64,000 nt of DNA from an uncultured Candidatus Saccharibacteria bacterium (lineage in GTDB: Bacteria > Patescibacteriota > Minisyncoccia > Phycocordibacterales > CAZNKJ01), in assembly GCA_964574145.1 (NCBI GenBank), contig CAZNKJ010000001.1, forward strand, positions 16,852-80,851. The letters run 5' to 3'. Below are positions 49,254 through 59,207 of the stretch, in pieces. Numbering within the stretch: position 1 is the first letter of the stretch; the number at the start of each line of letters is the position of its first letter. Both the position numbers and the translations under genes were made by a program. The notes under the pieces are model-generated. The model saw nothing but the letters and a program-made list of their open reading frames with translations. It was not told where the DNA came from and did no database searches.

Positions 49254-49931
49254 ATGTATAAGAATAAAAAATCTACCAATCCGCGTTTTTTACTTTTCTT
49301 TGTAAAAGAAAGGATGTCTTCTATAAGTATGGTTAAAAAAACAGCATTTGGGTTTACTTTGATAGAAACAGTCGTTACTGTTGGTATTTTTGCTTTAGTA
49401 ATGCTCACTATCACTTCTTCAGTTCTCTATTTTTATCGAGTGAACGCAAATGCGATTGAGCAGGCTTTTGCTATTAATAGTTCTCGCAGAGGGATTGAAT
49501 TTACTGTACGTGATATTCGCGAAATAACCTACGCTGACAATGGAGCATATCCAGTCATGTCTATTGGAAGCACCACACTCTCTTTTTATAGTGATATAGA
49601 TCGGGACAGCAGTGTTGAGTTAGTTCGTTATTTTTTAAATGGTGACATATTGCAAAAAGGGGTAACAAAAGCAACGGGCGATCCGGCCGTATACAACACC
49701 CTCAACGAAGTGGTGTCTGTTATTTCAACTGATGTGCGAAATGTTCCAAACGCTATTCCTATTTTTAGATATTTTGACAATACAGGAACGGAAGTCACTA
49801 ATTTTACAAAAGTGACTGATGTTGCTTTTGTAAACATTACGCTTATTATTAATATAAACCCATCACGTCTACCAGAAGATTTTACACTTCAGTCTAGTGC
49901 GACACTACGTAACCTCAAAATAAATCTATGA
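49254..49931 (+). CDS. Minor pilin (PilW-like)
   Basis: G|FTLIETVVTVGIF prepilin motif; start codon uncertain. Confidence 0.82.
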   Translation: MYKNKKSTNPRFLLFFVKERMSSISMVKKTAFGFTLIETVVTVGIFALVMLTITSSVLYFYRVNANAIEQAFAINSSRRGIEFTVRDIREITYADNGAYPVMSIGSTTLSFYSDIDRDSSVELVRYFLNGDILQKGVTKATGDPAVYNTLNEVVSVISTDVRNVPNAIPIFRYFDNTGTEVTNFTKVTDVAFVNITLIININPSRLPEDFTLQSSATLRNLKINL

Positions 49932-51358
49932 GTACATACCCTTTAGTACATAATAATGCGAGGGGGTATTTAATGTTGTTAGTTCTTGTATTTGGAGCAG
50001 TTTTTCTTGCGGTGACCTCTTCTCTCACTGGTTTTATTTTTTCACAACAGAAATTACAACTTGCAAAGGAGAATCGTGAAAATGCGCTTCAAATTTCCGA
50101 AGCAGGATTAGATTATTATAAATGGTTTCTAGCGCATTTTCCTGACGATCTCCAGAATGGTACTGGTTTACCTGGTCCTTATGTGGTTCCTTACAATGAT
50201 CCTGAGGGTGGGGAGTTGGGAAAATTTTCACTTGAGGTTTCAGGAAATAGCAAATGCAATGCTGTTTCTTCAATTGACATAACATCAACGGGTTGGACCA
50301 ACGCAGACCCATCTTTTACCCAGACTGTTTTTGGGCGTTATGCACGTCCTTCTGTCGCAGAGTATGCATACATTATAAATAGTAATGTATGGGCGGGATC
50401 AGACCGTAATATCGTAGGGCCTTATCATTCTAATGGAGGGGTACGGATGGATGGCACAAGTAATTCAACAGTAACGAGTGCAATTGATCAATGGCTATGT
50501 ACCTCGAGTTTTGGCTGTAGTCCAAATCAAAATCAGCCGGGAGTGTTTGGTAGTGGTAACAGTGAGTTGTGGACATACCCAGTTCCACAAATTGATTTTG
50601 CTGGACTTACAGTTGATTTAATAACTATGAAATCACAAGCACAGACGGGAGGTCTTTATTTTGGTCCTTCTGGTCGTGGATATAGAATTGTTTTTAAAAA
50701 TGACGGCACAATTGATGTATATAGAGTCAACAGTACAGCTTGGGTGTGGGGGTATTCATCTGAAAATGGATGGCAACGTGATTACCATCGAATAACGAGT
50801 GAAAGTTTCCAGGGAAATTTCACCCCACCCGCCAGCTGTCAGCTCGTTTTTGTAGAGGATGATTTATGGATTGAGGGGAATGTTAGTAACAAGATTACTG
50901 TAGCCTCAGCTGATGTTACTAGTCCTAATATTGACACTACTATTATATTGAATAATGACATAACTTATACAACTACTGATGGATCTGTAGGATTAACAGC
51001 AATTGCTGAAAAAGATGTTCTTATTCCACTTGTTTCTCCTGACAACATGACTCTTCGCGGCATTTTCATGGCTCAAAAAGGTCACTTTGGTCGTAATTAT
51101 TACACCACTTCAGGGTCAAGGGATGTTCCTAATTGGCTTAATAATTATGTTAAACAAAGCAGTCTTACTATGACAGGCACAATAGTCTCCAGTGGTCGTG
51201 TAGGTACTAAGTGGTCGTGTGGATGGAGTGGTTATTTTTGTTCTGGATATGCAACTCGTTATAATTTCTATGATCGAAATCTTGCGAACGAACCTCCTCC
51301 TTTAACGCCGTTTGTCTCAACAGATTTTCGTTTTATTGAGTGGAGGGAGGGAATGTAG
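49928..51358 (+). CDS. PilX-like minor pilin
   Basis: RG|YLMLLVLVF; ALQISEAGLDYY; C-terminal YDRNLANEPPP. Confidence 0.75.
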   Translation: MSTYPLVHNNARGYLMLLVLVFGAVFLAVTSSLTGFIFSQQKLQLAKENRENALQISEAGLDYYKWFLAHFPDDLQNGTGLPGPYVVPYNDPEGGELGKFSLEVSGNSKCNAVSSIDITSTGWTNADPSFTQTVFGRYARPSVAEYAYIINSNVWAGSDRNIVGPYHSNGGVRMDGTSNSTVTSAIDQWLCTSSFGCSPNQNQPGVFGSGNSELWTYPVPQIDFAGLTVDLITMKSQAQTGGLYFGPSGRGYRIVFKNDGTIDVYRVNSTAWVWGYSSENGWQRDYHRITSESFQGNFTPPASCQLVFVEDDLWIEGNVSNKITVASADVTSPNIDTTIILNNDITYTTTDGSVGLTAIAEKDVLIPLVSPDNMTLRGIFMAQKGHFGRNYYTTSGSRDVPNWLNNYVKQSSLTMTGTIVSSGRVGTKWSCGWSGYFCSGYATRYNFYDRNLANEPPPLTPFVSTDFRFIEWREGM

Positions 51359-51392
51359 ACGGTACTTAGAAGCTCTGTGTTACAATGCTTTT

Positions 51393-52172
51393 ATGAAAAA
51401 GAAAGGGTATGTTATTGCCAATTGGAAGATGAACCCAGATACGGTAGCAGATGCCAAGGAGCTTTTTTTTGATATAAAAAGCGTTGTTGGCAGACTAAAG
51501 AATTTAAATGTTGTGATAGCCCCACCTATTATTTTTCTCGCTGAGCTTCGTAGGCTTTACTCAGGTCGCCAACTTGAATTTGGAGCACAAAATATTTCTT
51601 TTGAAGAAAAAGGATCTTTTACTGGCGAAACGAGTGCCAAAATGGCTAGAAGTATAGGAACCACTTATGTGATAGTTGGACATTCGGAACGTCGTTTAAT
51701 GGGAGAGACAGATAAAGATGTAAATAAAAAAATTGTAGCCGCTCTTCTTCAGAAATTTACCATAGTTCTTTGTATTGGGGAAAAAGAAAGAGATTCTCAG
51801 GGGAGTTACCTTTCTTTTTTAGAAGAGGAGTTGCGGTCTGCTCTCACTGGAGTTTCTAAAAAGTCACTCAAGCATATTTTAATAGCATATGAGCCAATAT
51901 GGGCTATAGGTAAAACTGGTAAGGAGGCGATGAGTCCTCGTGATGTACATGAGACTTCTTTGTTTTTACATAAAATTCTTATGCAAATTTATGATAGAAA
52001 GTCAGCCTTTGCTGTGCCTATACTTTATGGAGGTTCGGTTGAACCGGAAAACAATGAAGAGTTGCTTCATGGCGGTGGAATCTCAGGTTTCCTTGTTGGG
52101 CATGCTAGTTTAGAAACATCTTCATTTTTATCTATTCTTAAAACATCAAATAATTTTTTCGGAAATTCCTAG
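51393..52172 (+). CDS. tpiA: Triosephosphate isomerase
   Basis: ANWKMN, GHSERR, AYEPIWAIG, LYGGSV. Start at ATG 51393. Confidence 0.95.
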   Translation: MKKKGYVIANWKMNPDTVADAKELFFDIKSVVGRLKNLNVVIAPPIIFLAELRRLYSGRQLEFGAQNISFEEKGSFTGETSAKMARSIGTTYVIVGHSERRLMGETDKDVNKKIVAALLQKFTIVLCIGEKERDSQGSYLSFLEEELRSALTGVSKKSLKHILIAYEPIWAIGKTGKEAMSPRDVHETSLFLHKILMQIYDRKSAFAVPILYGGSVEPENNEELLHGGGISGFLVGHASLETSSFLSILKTSNNFFGNS

Positions 52173-52173
52173 T

Positions 52174-53316
52174 ATGAAACTTCCACTTCTGCGAGAAATT
52201 AGTAACCTTAAAGGTAAGCGAGTATTAGTACGGGCTTCGCTAAATGTTCCCTTAGAGAAAGGAGCTGTTTTAAGTGATTTTCGTCTTGTGCGACTGTTTC
52301 CAACAATAGAATACCTTCGTGAGCATGGAGCACGAATTATAATCATTGGACATATAGGTCGTGATCCAAAAGAAACACTCAAGCCTGTGTGCCAGTATCT
52401 CAATAAGAAGTTTGATATTACTTTTGTAAAAGATAGTATTGGGTCGTATGCGAGTGATGTAGTAGCTAATATGCAAAATGGGGACATTGTTCTTCTTGAG
52501 AACCTAAGGCAGAAAGATGGAGAGTATACTAACGATGAAAGTTTTAGTAAGCGCCTCGCATCTCTCGCGGATATATATGTTAATGAGGCATTTGCTGTTT
52601 CACATAGGAAGCATGCGTCTATAGTAGGAGTTCCAGCATATTTGCCGAGTTACGCAGGTCTGGCTTTTGAAGATGAGGTTGAAAATTTATCTAAGGCGCT
52701 TAGTCCTAAAAAATCGTCTTTATTTATTCTAGGCGGAGCAAAATTTGCAACGAAAGAACCTCTCATTAGAAAATTTCTTAATGTATATGACTGTGTGTTT
52801 GTAGGAGGAGCTCTCGCAAATGATTTTTTTAAAGCGAAGGGTCTTTCAGTAGGGAAATCCTTGGTGGCAAAAGCTGATCATCATCTTAAAGATATTGTAG
52901 ATCATCCAAATTTGGTGTTACCGAAAGATGTTATTGTTCAAAATTTAGAAGGTCGTGTTATAAAAAAGCCAGATAGTATAGAGGAAGAAGATTCTATTTT
53001 AGATGCTGGTCCTGAAACTATAGAAGAGATTTTTTCTCTCCTAAAAAAAACCTCTTTTGTTTTATGGAATGGCCCTCTTGGAGATTATGAGAAAGGTTTT
53101 AATGAACACACAGAACAGCTTGCTGAGGGAATAGTATCTTCTGGTATTGAAAGTATTGTAGGGGGTGGGGATACTATCGCAGCTCTTTCAAAACTTGGGC
53201 TTTTAGATAGATTAAGTTTTGTGTCCTCGGCTGGAGGGGCGATGCTTTCTTTTTTACTTGAGGGTACCTTGCCGGGGATAGACGCTCTGAAGAAATCTAA
53301 ATCACCAAGTTCTTAA
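52174..53316 (+). CDS. pgk: Phosphoglycerate kinase
   Basis: LNVP, HIGR, LLENLR, HRKHAS, LGGAK, WNGPLG, GGGDT, SSAGGA. Confidence 0.95.
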   Translation: MKLPLLREISNLKGKRVLVRASLNVPLEKGAVLSDFRLVRLFPTIEYLREHGARIIIIGHIGRDPKETLKPVCQYLNKKFDITFVKDSIGSYASDVVANMQNGDIVLLENLRQKDGEYTNDESFSKRLASLADIYVNEAFAVSHRKHASIVGVPAYLPSYAGLAFEDEVENLSKALSPKKSSLFILGGAKFATKEPLIRKFLNVYDCVFVGGALANDFFKAKGLSVGKSLVAKADHHLKDIVDHPNLVLPKDVIVQNLEGRVIKKPDSIEEEDSILDAGPETIEEIFSLLKKTSFVLWNGPLGDYEKGFNEHTEQLAEGIVSSGIESIVGGGDTIAALSKLGLLDRLSFVSSAGGAMLSFLLEGTLPGIDALKKSKSPSS

Positions 53317-53318
53317 AA

Positions 53319-53729
53319 TTACTCTATAAGCCTCCGTATTTTTTCAGCAATATCTTTTTCTTCGTTGTTTTTGTAAGAGATATGTTTTGGCTGGGAGTAA
53401 ATATTGTCCCCTTCAAATCGAGGAACTATATGTATGTGGGCATGCATCACTTCTTGTCCGGCAGCTTGTCCGTTATTCATATGAATATTTATACCGTCTG
53501 CGTTTAGAGCTTTTTTAACGGCCAGTGAAAGTTTCTTTGCGGTTTTTATCATGTCACAGAGAATGTTCTCAGGGATGTCTAAAATATTTTGATATTTTGT
53601 TTTTGGTATAACCAGTAGATGTCCTTTGTTGTGCGGGTTAATGTCAAGAATAGCAAAAGTATTTTTGTCTTCAAATATTTTTGTAGATGGTATTTTCCCA
53701 GCTAGGATATTAAGAAATAGATCTTCCAT
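53319..53729 (-). CDS. HIT family nucleotide hydrolase
   Basis: DINPHNKGHLLVIPK; AGQEVMHAHIHIVPR. Confidence 0.92.
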   Translation of the reverse strand: MEDLFLNILAGKIPSTKIFEDKNTFAILDINPHNKGHLLVIPKTKYQNILDIPENILCDMIKTAKKLSLAVKKALNADGINIHMNNGQAAGQEVMHAHIHIVPRFEGDNIYSQPKHISYKNNEEKDIAEKIRRLIE

Positions 53730-53811
53730 TGTTAAATGATACCAAAAACCGCAAAGAAATAAATTACTTCGAGTGTCTTTTGGGGTATTTGGTCATGTTA
53801 TAGTATGTTTT

Positions 53812-55518
53812 ATGCAGCAGTATACAGAGAGACCTTTTATTGGGGATGATAAACGTAAAGGTCTAAAAATATATCCAGAACTTCTCCAAGAGCTTTTATT
53901 GGCTCGAGAAATAGAAACCGAAGAAGAGGCAGAAAAATTTCTAAATATTGACTATGAGAAGGGAATACATGATCCCTTCCTTATGAAGGACATGGATCGT
54001 GCTGTGTCTAGAGTTTTGTCAGCTATTTCAAAAAAAGAAAAAATAGTTATATATAGCGACTATGATTGTGACGGTATCCCTGGAGGGGTACTTTTACATG
54101 ATTTTTTTAATCTCATCGGGTATCAGAATTTTTCTAACTACATTCCACATCGTCACAAAGAAGGATATGGAATAAATATACAAGCAGTTGAAAAAATAAA
54201 AGAGGAAGATAAGGCAGACCTTATTATTACTGTTGACGTTGGAATTACTGATGTTGACCAAGTAGCTCGAGCTAATGAACTTGGAATGGATGTGATTATT
54301 ACGGATCATCATTTACCAGGAGATGTGTTACCACCTGCGTATGCAATCCTAAATCCAAAACAGAAAGATGATTTATATCCTGACAAAACGCTTTGTGGTA
54401 CGGGAGTGGCTTTTAAGTTAGCTCAGGGAATTTTAGCGAAGGATCGTTTTGGTGTGAAAGAGGGAAGAGAAAAATGGTTATTGGATTTAGCAGGTCTGGC
54501 AACTATAGCAGACATGGTGCCTCTGGTCGGGGAGAATCGTGCATTTGCTTATTTTGGCTTAAAGGTTTTGCGTAAATCTCCTCGATTGGGGCTTCAAAAA
54601 CTTTGTCGCAAAATACGCATTAACCAGCAGTACATAACCGAAGACGATATTGGTTTTATGATTGCTCCGCGTATTAATGCGGCAAGTCGTATGGATGAGC
54701 CAATGGAAGCTTTTCATCTTCTTGCGACTTTGGATGAAGCAGAGGCTGATGTGCGCGCAAAACACCTCAACAAAATTAATGATCAGCGCAAGGGTGTGGT
54801 GGCCTCAATGGCTAGGGAAATTAAAAAAAGAATACTTGAACGTGAGGTTCTAAACAAGGTGATTGTTGTCGGAGACCCTCGTTGGAAGCCTTCTCTTTTA
54901 GGGCTTGCTGCGAATAGTTTGGTAGAGGAGTATAAACGTCCTGTTTTTTTATGGGGACGCGAAGGGGATGATCGTATAAAAGGGTCGTGCCGTTCAGACG
55001 GTAGTGTTGATTTGGTCAAACTAATGAAAGGGGTTGGGAGATTTTTAACAGAAAGTGGCGGACATGCTTTTGCTGGAGGATTTTCTGTGCTTCACGAAAA
55101 TGTTCATTTACTTGAAAAGAAACTTTCAGAGGTTTATGTGAAAATTGGACAAAGTGAAAATTCTATAAAAAGTATTATTGTTGACCGCCGTCTTTCTCTT
55201 GAAGAAGTTAGTTGGGAGACATATAAAATAATAAATAGACTAGCCCCTTTTGGTATAGGGAATGAAAAACCAATTTTTCTTTTTGCTAATGTTGAGATAG
55301 AATCTTTGCGTAGTTTTGGTCGAGATGGGGCACATCTCGAGGTTTCTTTTTTAAAAAATAATAATAAAATTATCAAAGCGATTGGTTTTTTTACTACAGT
55401 AGACCAGTACAAGAAAGTTCCGAAAAAGGGAGACAAGATAAATCTTATTGCTAATATTGAAAGGTCTATGTTTAAGAATTATCCAGAATTACGTTTGCGG
55501 ATTATTGATATTAATTAA
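53812..55518 (+). CDS. recJ: ssDNA exonuclease RecJ
   Basis: DYDCDG, ITVDVG, ITDHH, ATIADMVPL, PRINAASR, GGHAFAGG. Start at ATG 53812. Confidence 0.95.
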   Translation: MQQYTERPFIGDDKRKGLKIYPELLQELLLAREIETEEEAEKFLNIDYEKGIHDPFLMKDMDRAVSRVLSAISKKEKIVIYSDYDCDGIPGGVLLHDFFNLIGYQNFSNYIPHRHKEGYGINIQAVEKIKEEDKADLIITVDVGITDVDQVARANELGMDVIITDHHLPGDVLPPAYAILNPKQKDDLYPDKTLCGTGVAFKLAQGILAKDRFGVKEGREKWLLDLAGLATIADMVPLVGENRAFAYFGLKVLRKSPRLGLQKLCRKIRINQQYITEDDIGFMIAPRINAASRMDEPMEAFHLLATLDEAEADVRAKHLNKINDQRKGVVASMAREIKKRILEREVLNKVIVVGDPRWKPSLLGLAANSLVEEYKRPVFLWGREGDDRIKGSCRSDGSVDLVKLMKGVGRFLTESGGHAFAGGFSVLHENVHLLEKKLSEVYVKIGQSENSIKSIIVDRRLSLEEVSWETYKIINRLAPFGIGNEKPIFLFANVEIESLRSFGRDGAHLEVSFLKNNNKIIKAIGFFTTVDQYKKVPKKGDKINLIANIERSMFKNYPELRLRIIDIN

Positions 55519-55535
55519 GAATTTTATAATTTTTT

Positions 55536-55967
55536 ATGGAAAAAATAATTGTTTATACGGATGGTGGTGCTCGTAATAACCCAGGTCCAGCAGGCGCGGG
55601 TGCATATGTGGTTGATGAGTATGGAAAAATGCTAAAGGAGGCGTCGCAATACTTGGGTGTACAAACTAATAATTGGGCAGAGTACGAGGCGGTTGCTCTT
55701 GGATTAAATACTATAAAGAAAATTTTTGGTAAAAAGACAAAAAATATTTCTGTTGAGGTTAGGTTAGACAGCCAGCTAGTTTCTGAGCAGCTTTCGGGCA
55801 GATATCAGATAAAGGAAGAAACCTTATTTCCACAATATATAAAAGTGCATAATATGCGTGTCAGAGATTTTCCAAATCTATCCTTTACTCATATTCCACG
55901 AGAGAAAAATAAAGAGGCAGATCGTCTGGCAAACGAGGCGATGGATTGTGGGCAGGTTATTCACTAG
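55536..55967 (+). CDS. rnhA: Ribonuclease HI
   Basis: YTDGGARNNPG, TNNWAEYEA, DSQLV, HIPREKNKEADRLAN. Confidence 0.92.
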   Translation: MEKIIVYTDGGARNNPGPAGAGAYVVDEYGKMLKEASQYLGVQTNNWAEYEAVALGLNTIKKIFGKKTKNISVEVRLDSQLVSEQLSGRYQIKEETLFPQYIKVHNMRVRDFPNLSFTHIPREKNKEADRLANEAMDCGQVIH

Positions 55968-56029
55968 TGCTTTTCCAGTGATTTTGTTATAAAAGTGAGA
56001 GGAAAGAGGAAAAATGGAGGACTAAAGTA

Positions 56030-56320
56030 ATGTCTGACAACGCTGACAACAAAAACAGAAGTAAAACTCTGGATTACAGAAGGATCACGGCTCGGCTGTT
56101 TGTTGAATCAATTAATGAAAGTGGAGGCTTGGACACTTTCTGTATTAGGTGGAGTTGTTTAGATCAACCTCCCGACCTTCCCAAATTGCATTCGTTTGTA
56201 GAAGCCGTTGAGAGAAAGTCAGGTATAGAGGTTGTCGATGTGGAATTGTCTTACTTTGTTTTTAACAGAGACGTTGATTTTTTTCGAGTCTTTAATTGTG
56301 GAAATAATCTAGTTCAATAA
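56030..56320 (+). CDS. Small orphan protein
   Basis: 96-aa ORF filling the intergenic gap, preceded by GGAGG. Confidence 0.55.
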   Translation: MSDNADNKNRSKTLDYRRITARLFVESINESGGLDTFCIRWSCLDQPPDLPKLHSFVEAVERKSGIEVVDVELSYFVFNRDVDFFRVFNCGNNLVQ

Positions 56321-56358
56321 AATTTAAATAATAAAAAGATAGTCACAAGATTTGTCGT

Positions 56359-57864
56359 ATGTCATATAATGAGAACACTTCTCATTATATGAACATGCGA
56401 TACATTTGGATCTATTTTTTTGTTGGAGGATTCGGAATAGGAGTGCTTTGGCGCTCCTTTTTTTATTTGGGAGTGGGGTTTTCTGTTTTTGTTATCGTTC
56501 TTGCTGTAGCTTTATTTCTTCTCTATTTGGGATCTCGTCACGCGTTACATTTTTTTTCGGCGCTTGTTCTTCTAGGTGTCGCTTTTGGTGTTATTCGTTT
56601 TGACATCGCTGATTTTTCGCAAGGAAGTTTTTATTTTAATGAACGAGTTGGGGTGGAGAGTTCATTTGAAGCTGTTGTTATTGATGAGCCTGATTTTCGA
56701 GATACTAATACAAAGCTCATAGTTCTTGCGGGAGGTGCTGCAGTTACGAGTAAAGAAAAAATATTAATCACGACGGAACGATATCCGCGGTATTCATATG
56801 GTGATCGTCTGGAAATTGAGGGTGTGCTTAAAAAACCAATTGCATTTGCAGGCAACGATGGGAAGGTGTTTGATTACCCCGCGTATCTAGGGAAAGATGG
56901 TATCTATTACACAATGTTTCCTAGGTCTATTAAGAAAATAGGAGAAGGTGGTGGGAATGTTGTAAAACGAACTCTTTTTAGATTAAAATCCGCATTCCTT
57001 GAACGTATCGGGCGGGTTATACCTGAGCCGCAGGCCTCTCTTTTGGGCGGTTTGGTGGTTGGAGCGAAGAGGTCTTTAGGGGGTGATTTGCTTGATAAGT
57101 TTCGTCGCGCTGGAATTATACATATTGTGGTGCTCTCCGGCTATAACGTTACTATTGTTGCGGAGTTTATAATGCGTACACTTTCATTTTTACCGAGTGT
57201 TTTGACTCGGTCGTTTGGAGTTGGTTCCATTGCTCTTTTTGCGGTGATGACCGGTGCGGGGGCAACGGTGGTGCGAGCTTCTATTATGGCGATATTGGTA
57301 GTTATAGCTCGTGCGACAGGACGAACGTATCAAATAACACATGCGTTAATTGTCGCAGGGTTTTTTATGGTTCTTCAGAATCCAAAAATCATTGCTTTTG
57401 ATTCGTCTTTTCAGCTTTCTTTTATGGCAACTGTAGGACTTATTTATCTTGCGCCTAAACTAGAGTCATATTTTGGGTGGGTGCCAACTAAATGGCAGTT
57501 ACGAGAATTTGCTACCGCTACTATTGCAACTCAGATTTTTGTTCTTCCTATGTTGCTCTATAAAATGGGTGCGTTGAGCATTGTCGCATTTCCAGTCAAC
57601 CTTCTCGTCTTACCAGTTATTCCCATCACTATGCTCCTGGGCTTTTTTACTGGAGTAGCTGGTTTTGTGAATACATTTTTTGCACTTCCTTTTTCATTTG
57701 TTACAACGGTTTTACTTTCTTATCAGTTATTTGTAGTTGATATTTTTGCTCGTTTGCCGTTTGCTTCAGTTACTATTGAACACTTTTCTCTTTTTGCGAC
57801 GGTGTCTACATATGTCTTGTATGGAGTAATTTTATTTTGGTTACATAAAAATATAACTAAATAA
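56359..57864 (+). CDS. comEC: ComEC competence channel (OB and Competence domains only)
   Basis: FDYPAYL, AGIIHIVVLSGYNV, VRASIMA, SFQLSF; no metallo-beta-lactamase domain. Start uncertain (56359-56395). Confidence 0.9.
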   Translation: MSYNENTSHYMNMRYIWIYFFVGGFGIGVLWRSFFYLGVGFSVFVIVLAVALFLLYLGSRHALHFFSALVLLGVAFGVIRFDIADFSQGSFYFNERVGVESSFEAVVIDEPDFRDTNTKLIVLAGGAAVTSKEKILITTERYPRYSYGDRLEIEGVLKKPIAFAGNDGKVFDYPAYLGKDGIYYTMFPRSIKKIGEGGGNVVKRTLFRLKSAFLERIGRVIPEPQASLLGGLVVGAKRSLGGDLLDKFRRAGIIHIVVLSGYNVTIVAEFIMRTLSFLPSVLTRSFGVGSIALFAVMTGAGATVVRASIMAILVVIARATGRTYQITHALIVAGFFMVLQNPKIIAFDSSFQLSFMATVGLIYLAPKLESYFGWVPTKWQLREFATATIATQIFVLPMLLYKMGALSIVAFPVNLLVLPVIPITMLLGFFTGVAGFVNTFFALPFSFVTTVLLSYQLFVVDIFARLPFASVTIEHFSLFATVSTYVLYGVILFWLHKNITK

Positions 57865-57944
57865 TTTTTTTAAATTGAGAGAACCGAGATTGATTTTGAT
57901 TGGTGTTTATAGGTAAATAGAATCGTTTTGTCTTGTTAGGTAAT

Positions 57945-58541
57945 TTACTTTGCGTTTTCAAAGCGTTTTTCTATAACTCCCCAGTTTAAATTCTTGAAGA
58001 ATGCTTCAATATATTGTCTTTTCTCTGCAGGCGTGTAGTCCATCATGTATGCGTGTTCCCACATATCCATAGCAAGAATAATAGGAAGCCCTGCAAGCTG
58101 TCCTAGCTCATGGTCTCCAACCCAAGAGGTATGTAGAGTCTTGCCCCGCGGATCAAAATAAAGAATAGCCCACCCAATACCTCGTGTACCACCCCCGACC
58201 ATTTTAAAATGTTCTATTCCCGCCTCAAGACTTCCATATTTTTCTGAAAAAGCATTTGCTAAAGAGGAAATCTCTTCTATTTTTTGGGCTTTCTTTTCCC
58301 ACTGTTCAAAATAGTATTCATGCATACGCATTCCGTTGAACTCAAATCCAAGCCGTCGGCGTGTTTCTGTTTCTGCGTATGCGAATTTTCCGGGACCGGA
58401 ATCTTTCATCTCATGCAACTGCTCGCGGAGCAAATTAACGTGTTTAACATAGCCACCATATAGCCCCAAGTGGATCTCTACTTGCTTTGAAGAAATATCT
58501 TTTAGTTCCTGCAAGTTAAATTTTTTTTCTTTATACTCCAT
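57945..58541 (-). CDS. Fe/Mn superoxide dismutase family protein
   Basis: EIHLGLYGGYV, NGMRMHEYYF, DMWEHAY. Likely start MEYKEK at 58541. Confidence 0.9.
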   Translation of the reverse strand: MEYKEKKFNLQELKDISSKQVEIHLGLYGGYVKHVNLLREQLHEMKDSGPGKFAYAETETRRRLGFEFNGMRMHEYYFEQWEKKAQKIEEISSLANAFSEKYGSLEAGIEHFKMVGGGTRGIGWAILYFDPRGKTLHTSWVGDHELGQLAGLPIILAMDMWEHAYMMDYTPAEKRQYIEAFFKNLNWGVIEKRFENAK

Positions 58542-58618
58542 ATTGATTTTCATACTAAGCAGTTTTTTGCTAAAAAAGAGGCTACTCAGCTTCATTTTAC
58601 ATGATACCATGTGGAGAT

Positions 58619-58837
58619 ATGATGCGTATTATTCTTTCATTGGTTGTTGTTATGGCTGTTGTTATTCTAGCTCTCGTATATTTAAACGGACATTCTATTT
58701 CAGCACCAAAAAATTTAAATGATGCCACAAAAACAGAGCGTTGTGCAAAATTTAGACAAGTAGACGAAGAAGACAATGGTGTATATTCGCTCGGGTACGG
58801 TGGACGTATACGTCAGCTTATTCATGGTTGTTTTTAA
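58619..58837 (+). CDS. Small secreted/membrane orphan protein
   Basis: MMRIILSLVVVMAVVILALVYL hydrophobic N-terminus; two Cys; followed by a hairpin. Confidence 0.55.
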   Translation: MMRIILSLVVVMAVVILALVYLNGHSISAPKNLNDATKTERCAKFRQVDEEDNGVYSLGYGGRIRQLIHGCF

Positions 58838-58877
58838 AAACGCGACTACCTGTGTGGTGTCGCGTTTTATTTTTTTT
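58837..58877. terminator. Terminator between convergent small ORFs
   Basis: AAAACGCGAC...GTCGCGTTTT plus T-run. Confidence 0.6.
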
Positions 58878-58887
58878 GTACCACAGT

Positions 58888-59067
58888 TTAATTTGTCGCA
58901 CGCACAAATGCTCTTAAGGCAGCCATTCCTATTCGTCTAAATTGTTCAAGTGTATCGGCGGCTGTGGCCTTGATAGCGAGATCTTTAAGGAGGGAGATTG
59001 TTTCAGTTCTTTCTACTTCACCCTTCGTTCGTTGCCCAGTCATTCCTTGGGTGGTTTGTTTACTCAT
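58888..59067 (-). CDS. Small orphan protein (59 aa)
   Basis: MSKQTTQG... preceded by GAGGAG 7 nt upstream of the ATG at 59067. Confidence 0.5.
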   Translation of the reverse strand: MSKQTTQGMTGQRTKGEVERTETISLLKDLAIKATAADTLEQFRRIGMAALRAFVRATN

Positions 59068-59207
59068 GAAATAACTCCTCTCCAAATAACAAACAAAAAT
59101 CTTTATCAACTCTATTTTGAAATATATCATAAGAAATTATGATTCACAATCTTTAGGTCATTTCTTTGTTTGTAGTGTCGTAATTGATGTGAGGGTATAC
59201 TTTTTCT

